A stretch of DNA of 10,156 nt from Promethearchaeia archaeon. Its GTDB lineage: Archaea; Asgardarchaeota; Lokiarchaeia; Sigyniarchaeales; SOKP01. This document shows, piece by piece, positions 1-7,244 of this stretch. A program made the position numbers and the translations under genes. How positions within the stretch are numbered: position 1 is the first letter of the stretch; each line of letters opens with the position of its first letter. A model generated the notes under the pieces. It worked only from the letters and a program-made list of their open reading frames with translations. It was not told where the DNA came from and did not search any database. The DNA lies in the NCBI GenBank assembly GCA_029856155.1, contig JAHQWL010000015.1:1-10156 (forward strand), read 5' to 3'.

Positions 1-17
1 TTCTTAATTACAATTTT

Positions 18-155
18 TTATTTTTTTGATATTTTGTTATCTATATAATTTAATTCAACTCCACAAAAAGGGCATCTATTAAATTCTCCAACTTTATAGT
101 CTTTTAATAGTTTACCGCAATAGAAACAAAATGTTAACTTTTCCTTCTTTGCCAT
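18..155 (-). CDS. Small zinc-ribbon protein, 45 aa (CxxCG...CPxCG); absent from the ORF track
   Basis: Manual translation of the minus strand from ATG at 155 to TAA at 20-18 gives MAKKEKLTFCFYCGKLLKDYKVGEFNRCPFCGVELNYIDNKISKK. It has two canonical Zn knuckles (CFYCG, CPFCG), an SD-like GAGGGA just upstream, and a BRE/TATA at 183-196. Confidence 0.88.
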   Translation of the reverse strand: MAKKEKLTFCFYCGKLLKDYKVGEFNRCPFCGVELNYIDNKISKK

Positions 156-160
156 ATATT

Positions 161-196
161 ATCCCTCAAACATTATTTCAAATTTATATATTTTTG
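161..196 (-). promoter_or_regulatory. Putative archaeal BRE/TATA promoter and SD-like site of the zinc-ribbon gene
   Basis: The minus strand reads CAAAAA-TATATAAA (196-183), about 30 nt upstream of the ATG, with GAGGGAT at 167-161. The AT-rich background limits certainty. Confidence 0.5.
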
Positions 197-537
197 TATC
201 AGAAAAACAACCCGATTAAATAACCAATTCATTATTTAATTTCAAATAAAAAATACAGACTATTAAACGTACTGGTTAAAAATAATAGATATTTATGTAA
301 CTCAAATTATTAATAAAAATAATTTATCAAATATTCTTTTCAAAAAATTAATAATACATTTAATAAAAGTCCCCCTCTAACTAAGGAATAAAAATATTGT
401 AGCTTAAAGTTTAAATCTGGGACAAGAACAGAACAAGATATAAATAATTATTTTAAGATGAATTTTCTTTATTTTTATAATTAAGTGGTTAATATATAGG
501 TAAGTGCACAAAATAAGTTAAAGAAACAATAGAATTT

Positions 538-963
538 ATGATTAATAAAATGAGTTATGATCATTGTTTAAGATGTGGAAGAAAGTTAACAAATCCAATA
601 AGTAAAAAAAGAGGATTTGGAAGAACTTGTTTTAAAATTAAACAATTGGAAGAAGAAAATAAGGTAAATGAAGAAATCCTTAGAGAAATCAATTTTCTCA
701 AATGCGAAATCAAAATGCTAAAAGGATTATATCATCAAATAAAGAAAAATGGTATTACTTATCAAGATGATACTATTGAAAGAATAAAAAGAGAAGAAAC
801 TGCTAAAATTCAAGATCCTCTTTTATGTAAATATAGGAATGCCTTCAAAGAATGCATTTCTGAATTAAAGGAAGTTCTTAAAGAAAGAGCGAATAAAATT
901 GAGGAGTCTTTAGATAGATTGCCAATATTAATTAAGAAAGAATTTGATTTAGCTGAAGCGTAA
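538..963 (+). CDS. DUF6011-like Cys finger protein with C-terminal coiled coil (true start probably the ATG at 550)
   Basis: N-terminal CLRCGRKLTNPISKKRGFGRTC matches the DUF6011 pattern as I recall it (CxxCGRxLTxPxSxxxGxGxxC). It is followed by the heptad pattern ILREINFLKCEIKMLKGLYHQIK and a second amphipathic helix. Confidence 0.75.
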   Translation: MINKMSYDHCLRCGRKLTNPISKKRGFGRTCFKIKQLEEENKVNEEILREINFLKCEIKMLKGLYHQIKKNGITYQDDTIERIKREETAKIQDPLLCKYRNAFKECISELKEVLKERANKIEESLDRLPILIKKEFDLAEA

Positions 964-994
964 TATTTTTACTTATTTTAACTCTCAATCATTA

Positions 995-1049
995 ATAACT
1001 TTTTAATTTGAAAGTTATAATTTGCATTAAAAAAGAGAATTAAAAAAAA
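995..1049. terminator. Probable terminator region between convergent genes (weak hairpin plus minus-strand T-tracts)
   Basis: ATAACTTT (995-1002) and AAAGTTAT (1011-1018) form an inverted repeat. A-runs at 1029-1049 read as oligo-T directly after the GH57 stop on the minus strand. Confidence 0.35.
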
Positions 1050-2765
1050 TTATTTCTTAGCAAACGGCTCAAGGTCTAAGGCTTCAAATATATCATCTAA
1101 AGCTTCAATTGTACCTAAAAAGTGCCATTCACCCTCTTCAACATTTTGTCCACTACCATACTTACTTGCCATATTATAAAGCCTGTTGAAGTTTTCATAG
1201 TGCAATGCGACTCTATTTTCAGCATAATCCCTTGCTGACCAAGTTGTTATTAAGAATTGCCAATCACTACTTTCTAAGAGTAAGAGTTCTCGAGCCATTT
1301 GTTTGAGAATTTTAATTAAATTAGGATCTTGAGAATCCTTGTATTTTGAGATGATAACTTCACTTTTTGCTTCACATTCGTATATTCTTTCCCATGTCCA
1401 AGTCGTCCACTCATTAAGCCACACCCAATGAGAACTAGCTTGCCCCCAGCTCCCTTCAATTATCTGTACCACCTTATTTGGAGGATTTGCTTCAAGATAT
1501 AACCTCGTATTTGTTAAATTTATTTCAGGATCATCTTCCATCCATCGAAGAACGCGTGCTATCCACCAATTTCCTTCAAACCACCAGTGACCAAAGAGTT
1601 CTGCATCATAAGGGGCCACTACTATGCCATTTCTCCCAAATTTATCTCTATATTCTCTTAAGATACCCTTAGTTAAGTTGATATAATGGCTGGCATTCTC
1701 ATCTAGTTTCCTTGGAACGTCATCCGGCCAATATAACATCTTCTTTCCCAGATCGAGTTTTGGGCTCGTAACTTTCCAGTATTTCATTCCTCCAGGAAAG
1801 TGCTTCTTATGAAAGTCTAGATACTCTGCACAGCCAGGATATCCATGTTCTCCGCTCCAGACTACGATACCAGTTTTTTCATCTCTTGTAAAAAAGCCAA
1901 CCGGACCAGAAGTAGAGGGATCAGTAGAAACTAAATATGGTTCATATTGAGATTTTTCAAAAGAAGTTGGGATTTCTTCATATTGGGATTCAAATTGCTT
2001 CCAAAGTTCTGCAAGTAAGGGAAATCGAGCAGCATATACACCTTGTGATTTTCCTCCTAAAAGTAAAGCTGTATCAATAAAAAAATATTTCAAACCATTT
2101 TTAGCAAGAAAATATTCTACACCGCGTCTTTCAAATTCCTCACCTGTTATTGGATTTTTCCATCTGTATCCTGGACGATATGCACATTCAGGTAACCAAG
2201 CACCAGTAGGAGCTCTCCCAAAATGCTTTTTATAATTATCGACTCCTGTTTTAAATTGTGCATCTATAGATGAATCTTTAGAAAGTAATGGAGCATAACC
2301 ATGAGTTGCCCCACAAGTGATGATATCAACAAGTCCCATATCTTGCAGCTTTTTATATGCGCCCACAATATCTTTATTATATCTATTTAAGAAATTGTCT
2401 CTAACTCGGTCATAGAACTCCTGCCACCACTCTGTTAATTTGACTCTTCCATCATTATATTTATTTTCTGTAAAATCTTCAGAATCATGTAAAGCAGCAT
2501 TGTATTTTTCTTCTAGATAACCTTGAAATCCCTCAACAAATTTAGGATTACTAAGCATTTCACATAGTACTGGTGTGAGACCAATAGTTAACTTTGGATG
2601 ATATCCATCATCTATAAGTTTATATAATTCTATTAAAAGCGGGATATATGTTTCTGCGGCCGCTTCATTAACCCAATCCATTCCATGAGGCCATACACCA
2701 TGCCCTAAAACCCATGGAAGATGAGAGTGTAATACCAAAGTAAAGGATCCTAAAATCTCAGTCAT
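1050..2765 (-). CDS. Glycoside hydrolase family 57 1,4-alpha-glucan (glycogen) branching enzyme, DUF1957/TK1436 type
   Basis: All GH57 branching-enzyme motifs are present: LHSHLPWV, EAAAETYIPLL, ATHGYAPLL, WLPECAY (nucleophile Glu193), YDAELFGHWWFEG (acid/base Asp) and RELLLLESSDWQF. Confidence 0.95.
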   Translation of the reverse strand: MTEILGSFTLVLHSHLPWVLGHGVWPHGMDWVNEAAAETYIPLLIELYKLIDDGYHPKLTIGLTPVLCEMLSNPKFVEGFQGYLEEKYNAALHDSEDFTENKYNDGRVKLTEWWQEFYDRVRDNFLNRYNKDIVGAYKKLQDMGLVDIITCGATHGYAPLLSKDSSIDAQFKTGVDNYKKHFGRAPTGAWLPECAYRPGYRWKNPITGEEFERRGVEYFLAKNGLKYFFIDTALLLGGKSQGVYAARFPLLAELWKQFESQYEEIPTSFEKSQYEPYLVSTDPSTSGPVGFFTRDEKTGIVVWSGEHGYPGCAEYLDFHKKHFPGGMKYWKVTSPKLDLGKKMLYWPDDVPRKLDENASHYINLTKGILREYRDKFGRNGIVVAPYDAELFGHWWFEGNWWIARVLRWMEDDPEINLTNTRLYLEANPPNKVVQIIEGSWGQASSHWVWLNEWTTWTWERIYECEAKSEVIISKYKDSQDPNLIKILKQMARELLLLESSDWQFLITTWSARDYAENRVALHYENFNRLYNMASKYGSGQNVEEGEWHFLGTIEALDDIFEALDLEPFAKK

Positions 2766-2815
2766 TATTCATTCCTATATCAAATAATAGTTTAATTTAT
2801 CGAAATTTGTTACTG

Positions 2816-2885
2816 TTATATAATTTTTCATTTTTTAAATATTAAAGAGAATCTCAAATAATCAAAAATCGTTAAAGTTATATAT
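2816..2885. promoter_or_regulatory. Back-to-back BRE/TATA promoters for the GH57 gene (-) and the phosphomutase-like gene (+)
   Basis: Minus strand GAAAAA-TTATATAA (2829-2816); plus strand TAAAG-TTATATAT (2873-2885). Confidence 0.5.
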
Positions 2886-2956
2886 TCTCATTTAGCTTTA
2901 ATTCATATATAGTTTCCAATTGAAATATTATCGAGATTTTGAAAAAGTAGTGTTTA

Positions 2957-4345
2957 ATGAGTCATAATCCAATAGAAAATCTTAATGAGTTAAAAAAGGA
3001 CGGAAGAATTATAGGGAAAGCAAATTATGTATTTACCCCAGAGATTTCGAGCTCGATAGCATCTATTCATGGGAGCATGTTCAAACAAAATGAATCTGTT
3101 GTGCTGGGGAGAGATTATCATAACGATAGCCGGATGTTAAAAAGAGCTTACACATCAGGTTTGATGTCTACAGGGATAAATCTCTTAAATCTTTCGGATT
3201 GCACTTTCCCATTATTACAATTCACAATTAGACGTTTTGGGGCGAGTGGAGGGGTCTATTTCTCAGGAGGGCATTTATATAGTGAAGATGTAGGAATTCG
3301 TTTCTTAGATGCTGGAGGAATTGAACTACCACAATCAGAAATTCAGAGAATAATTGAGTCTTTCAATGATTATCCTCGACAGGTTAGGAGAGTGGATCCA
3401 AATGAAATCGGACAAATAACAGCAATACCTCAGACTGCAGATGTTTATATCAAGTCTCTACAACAGTTTGTAGATAAAAAAAAGATAAAAAAAGCAAATT
3501 TAAAGATTGTTGTTGATTGTTCTTATGGTCCTACGGGTAAAATAACACCACTTTTAATTAATGAGATTGGAGTTGAAGTTATTGCTTTAAACACTCATTA
3601 TCGTGAGAGATCTTCAAGTCCGGTACCGAGTATTAATACTGTACGAAATGCAGCAGATATTGTGAAAGCCTCAAACAGTCATCTTGGAGTTTGTTTTGAT
3701 GTTGATGGTTCAAGAATTTTGGTAATAGATGAAAATGGATTAGAAATAAACTTTGAAGATTTATTGATGCTTTTTATTACATTTGACAAAAGAATTCAAA
3801 AATCAAAAGCAAATACAATTATTACAACTCCATCCATATCACCCGTTGTAAGTAATTTCATAGAAGATAGTGGATTTCCCATAAAGCAAGTAGAGAACTA
3901 TCCTGGTGAGATTTCAAGGCAAATAAGAGAAGAACGAGCATGTTTTGCTGCTGCAGATACATTAAAATTTTATTTTCCGGAATATTCTCCCTTTTCAGAT
4001 GGAAACTTCATTTTACTTAAAATCCTTGAAATTATGACCGCTCAGAACGACCTCCTTAGTTCACTAACAAGGGGATTTCCAAAAGGTACAAAAATTAATA
4101 AAACTGTTCCAGTTTCATCAGAAGTGATTGATAATATCCATAATCGATTACGAGAAATGGCGGATAATAATGGTTACAAATATCACGATATAATCAATGA
4201 ATTAAAGATCATCGAGGATGATGGTTATATTATTATCAAAGTCGCACTATATCGAAATGCACTTCTTCTTTCTGCTGAATCAGAGGATAAAGATAAAGCT
4301 CAAAAGATGATCCTTGATATGGAAAAAGTAATCTTAAAACTCTGA
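2957..4345 (+). CDS. Alpha-D-phosphohexomutase (PGM/PMM) fold protein, probably catalytically inactive; resembles the PGM-like domain normally fused to mannose-1-phosphate guanylyltransferase
   Basis: Fold motifs are present: IIGKANYVFTPE, VVLGRD..DSRMLK, KIVVDCSYG, LGVCFDVDGSR, FSDG. The phosphoserine loop TASHNP reads SGGHLY, the metal loop DxDxDR reads DVDGSR, the sugar loop GExS reads AADT, and the phosphate loop RxSGTEP reads KVALYRN. Confidence 0.85.
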   Translation: MSHNPIENLNELKKDGRIIGKANYVFTPEISSSIASIHGSMFKQNESVVLGRDYHNDSRMLKRAYTSGLMSTGINLLNLSDCTFPLLQFTIRRFGASGGVYFSGGHLYSEDVGIRFLDAGGIELPQSEIQRIIESFNDYPRQVRRVDPNEIGQITAIPQTADVYIKSLQQFVDKKKIKKANLKIVVDCSYGPTGKITPLLINEIGVEVIALNTHYRERSSSPVPSINTVRNAADIVKASNSHLGVCFDVDGSRILVIDENGLEINFEDLLMLFITFDKRIQKSKANTIITTPSISPVVSNFIEDSGFPIKQVENYPGEISRQIREERACFAAADTLKFYFPEYSPFSDGNFILLKILEIMTAQNDLLSSLTRGFPKGTKINKTVPVSSEVIDNIHNRLREMADNNGYKYHDIINELKIIEDDGYIIIKVALYRNALLLSAESEDKDKAQKMILDMEKVILKL

Positions 4346-4712
4346 AATAGGCATTTCTCAATGAAATAATACATTGAGCTAAAAAAAGATTTATTTAATC
4401 TATATTAAATTTAAAGCTTTTAAAATATGTTTTAAATCAAAAAGAATTAAATTTCCTTATTCTCTTTCTATTCTTTAGGGATTGATAATCCAAGAATATA
4501 TTATTGAGCCTGGAATTTCTATAGGGAATAGTTCATTAATAGATGTACAGAAGAAAAGGAAAATGTTCGAAAATTGATTCTTGAATTGTTAGAGATTTTA
4601 GAAATCGTCTTGTTTTTTTTTCTGTATATTAAGAGTTAAGGTTTAAAATAAATAAAATCAATTATATAATAATATTAAAATAACTTAAGATCTAAAAAAA
4701 GTTGATCTAATC

Positions 4713-5453
4713 ATGGCATTTGATATAAGTTCAATAATAATTCTGATAACATTAAGTATTATATTTATGATTTTTTTAGTTTTTGATTTATTTGGTAGGA
4801 ATGAGCAATACGGTTACTTAGCTTACATTGTAGCTGTAGTACCAGTAAACTATTTCTGGGCTATTGGAGGTGACCCACTCTTCGCTTATATCCTTCTTTT
4901 CCTTCTCTGGATTGTTACGATATTACGTGATACAATAGGTGTATATCTTAAAAAAGATAAAGAAATAAATGAAATACTTATGTATCTAGCTCTTGGAATA
5001 CTTATACAATTGATAGTAACAGCAATTATACCAGAAACAAATTCTGCTTTACAAGCTACTACAGAAAAGTTCTGGTTTTTTTGGTTACCTAATGTACATT
5101 CACCAATTTTTGAAGAATCAATTGTTTTGGGATTTAAAATTACTGTTACAGTTTTAATATTTTTTGTTATTATTCCATTAATCTTAGACGTTAAAGATGA
5201 GGAGATTCCATTGCCTATTGTTATTATATTCGTTGCTATATTCATTATCCCTTTTCTTTATTTAAGTTATGTATGGATTCCCGGTTCAATGGGGGTGTTA
5301 ACATTTCTATTTTCAGTTATTTTATTTGTAATTCTATTACTCATAACAAGAGGCCAAGAAAAAAAATACAAATTAAAATTTTTTATTCTTCTATTAACTT
5401 TTTATTCCTATTTTTATAAAATAAAACTACTTCTCATAACAAGAAAAACATAA
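4713..5453 (+). CDS. Hypothetical integral membrane protein, about 7 TM helices plus a suspect C-terminal tail
   Basis: 246-aa ORF with hydrophobic segments at about aa 7-27, 35-51, 56-72, 88-107, 139-158, 166-188 and 193-213, separated by charged loops. I recognise no family motif. Confidence 0.8.
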   Translation: MAFDISSIIILITLSIIFMIFLVFDLFGRNEQYGYLAYIVAVVPVNYFWAIGGDPLFAYILLFLLWIVTILRDTIGVYLKKDKEINEILMYLALGILIQLIVTAIIPETNSALQATTEKFWFFWLPNVHSPIFEESIVLGFKITVTVLIFFVIIPLILDVKDEEIPLPIVIIFVAIFIIPFLYLSYVWIPGSMGVLTFLFSVILFVILLLITRGQEKKYKLKFFILLLTFYSYFYKIKLLLITRKT

Positions 5454-5484
5454 AATAGCATTATTCCTAAATTACTTTTTATAT
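5334..5484 (+). repeat. Degenerate direct duplication of the membrane gene's 3' end
   Basis: CTATTACTCATAACAAGA (5334-5351) and CTACTTCTCATAACAAGA (5427-5444) are 16/18 identical, 93 bp apart, and both encode LLLITR in frame. Downstream TTATTCTTCTATTAACTTTTTAT resembles TTATTCCTAAATTACTTTTTAT. Confidence 0.65.
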
Positions 5485-5588
5485 AGTGGATACCTCTCTT
5501 AAGATTTTTGAAATAAGTTAGTGGAAAATCATTATAGGAGAAATTTATTACAAATAAGCCTTAGAATTAAATCCAGTAGGATTTTTTT

Positions 5589-6905
5589 CTAGGGTTCTAA
5601 GTCAAGTATAAGATATTTTCTTGTGTAAAAGAAAGAAATTAATAATATTAAAGAACAAATTGGACTCCAAATTATTAATCCCATTGAGTATGATAAGGAA
5701 CCCACCGTAATTTTTGGTAATTCATTTAAAGCTCCTAATAATAATACCCCAATAGCTTGAAAAATGTTTAGAAAAATCGATGGAACACCTGTATATGTTC
5801 CAGCTTTTAACTCTCCAGTGATTTTTTCGTCATATTCAGCAAGATCAGCAAAAATGACAGCAGGTAATAAATACCATCCACCCAACGATGCACCAATACC
5901 GATCATAAAGATTAACCCTATTAATAAAAAATTATTTAATGGAATTAACCCTAATAAGGTAATTGGAAGAATTAAAGCAGCTAAAATGTAAATGTATAAT
6001 ATAGTTTGTTTCTTTCCGAATTTTTGTATCACCCTTCTCCAGATTTCAAGGAATACGATAACACAAAAGAAATTAATACTAAAAATTAATATATATTCTC
6101 TTAGATCTAAATTTAAAACCGATTCAAAAAAAGGGAGCATCTGTGTAATTATTATAACCCACGCTACACTTGAAAGGCCAATTGTTAAACTAACTGCCAT
6201 AAAATTCTTATTTTTTAAACTAGTCTTTAAAATTTCTTTAAGAGTTGACTTTATCTTAACCCTAGGTTCTATTGGCATTAAAAAAGCATTTAAACAAAAA
6301 AGAATAATGGTTAAAATACTAAAAATGTATATGGGAATGGTGAAAGAGAAAGGAAGAATATTTGGATTAGCGGAAATTTGATCAAAAACTTGCGTTAAAA
6401 CTAAGTAAGTATAACTCCAATAAATTAGAGTCCCTAACAAATTAAATATGTTCTGGATTTGAGAGACTTTTGGACGTTCATTTATATCAAACTGTTCAGC
6501 CATCCATGCTTGATATGGTACAGTTATACCAAAACTAGCTTTAAATAAAATTTCCCAGATTAATAACCATATGAAAAGAACGACTTTATTACCCAAATCA
6601 GGTAATAATAACGAAGGTATCATCAGGAATATGAAAGAAAGCCCTATAACAGGAGTAAAAATAAGAATGTATGGTTTCCTCCTGCCCCACTTTGTATATT
6701 TCATATCACTAATCCATCCAAACAAAAATGAAAACAAAGCAATACTAATATAGCCTACTGATAATGCAAGCCCAACAAGAAAAGGTGCTAGTTGATATCC
6801 TATAGTATATAAAGCAAATACACTAAATCCCTCAATTCCAAGTACCATTGACAACCCTATCCGAGGCATGCCAAAAATAATTGCTTTTTTTATACCCATA
6901 ACCAA
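5589..6905 (-). CDS. MFS transporter, glycoside-pentoside-hexuronide (GPH/MFS_2, MelB-like) family (start is TTG 6905 or ATG 6899)
   Basis: About 12 hydrophobic helices, with GPH signatures GWISDMKYTKWGRRKPY, PYQAWMAEQF..NERPKV, QKFGKKQT and FADLAEYDEKITGELKAGTYTG. Confidence 0.9.
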   Translation of the reverse strand: MVMGIKKAIIFGMPRIGLSMVLGIEGFSVFALYTIGYQLAPFLVGLALSVGYISIALFSFLFGWISDMKYTKWGRRKPYILIFTPVIGLSFIFLMIPSLLLPDLGNKVVLFIWLLIWEILFKASFGITVPYQAWMAEQFDINERPKVSQIQNIFNLLGTLIYWSYTYLVLTQVFDQISANPNILPFSFTIPIYIFSILTIILFCLNAFLMPIEPRVKIKSTLKEILKTSLKNKNFMAVSLTIGLSSVAWVIIITQMLPFFESVLNLDLREYILIFSINFFCVIVFLEIWRRVIQKFGKKQTILYIYILAALILPITLLGLIPLNNFLLIGLIFMIGIGASLGGWYLLPAVIFADLAEYDEKITGELKAGTYTGVPSIFLNIFQAIGVLLLGALNELPKITVGSLSYSMGLIIWSPICSLILLISFFYTRKYLILDLEP

Positions 6906-7244
6906 TACATCGACTTAAATGATTTATTTCGCTTAAAATTTTTAGTGTTTTATCAATATAAAATTTTGATCCTTGTGTTAATAGATTTTACCTTCATTTT
7001 ATTTTTTTAAATAAAGTTAGTTCTTAAAATGCAGTTCTATTAAAAGTTTTGATGATGATAATAGAAAAATTTAACATCTTTGATGCTATAACAGATTGTT
7101 GTAGGTATATCCCAAAAAGAGTATAATGCTTGAATTTATGTCGAAAACTGATCATTCGAATAAAATATCCTCTTCGATCCGTTTATGACCGATGGTATTA
7201 ATCTTTTCTAATTTTAATCCTCTATTTAAATAATTACACACACA

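Noticed and set aside
421-437. GACAAGAACAGAACAAG short repeat as a LexA-like box or array
   Set aside because: Too short, the spacing does not fit a GAAC-N7-GAAC box, and it does not recur.
1478-1672. 64-aa plus-strand ORF
   Set aside because: Antisense shadow inside the well-supported GH57 gene, with no motif.
4886-5245. 119-aa minus-strand ORF
   Set aside because: Antisense to the membrane protein. Its I/N/K/T-rich composition is what reverse-complemented hydrophobic codons give.
4713-5453. Rhodopsin identity for the 7-TM protein
   Set aside because: There is no retinal-binding Lys (DxxxK-type motif) in TM7 and no RYxxW-type motif in TM3.
5764-6753. Plus-strand ORFs 5764-5991, 5992-6381 and 6571-6753
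   Set aside because: All are codon-registered antisense shadows of the MFS gene.
7047-7086. SECIS-like ATGA...AAAA...TGAT element
   Set aside because: The stem pairs poorly, and there is no upstream plus-strand gene with an in-frame UGA.
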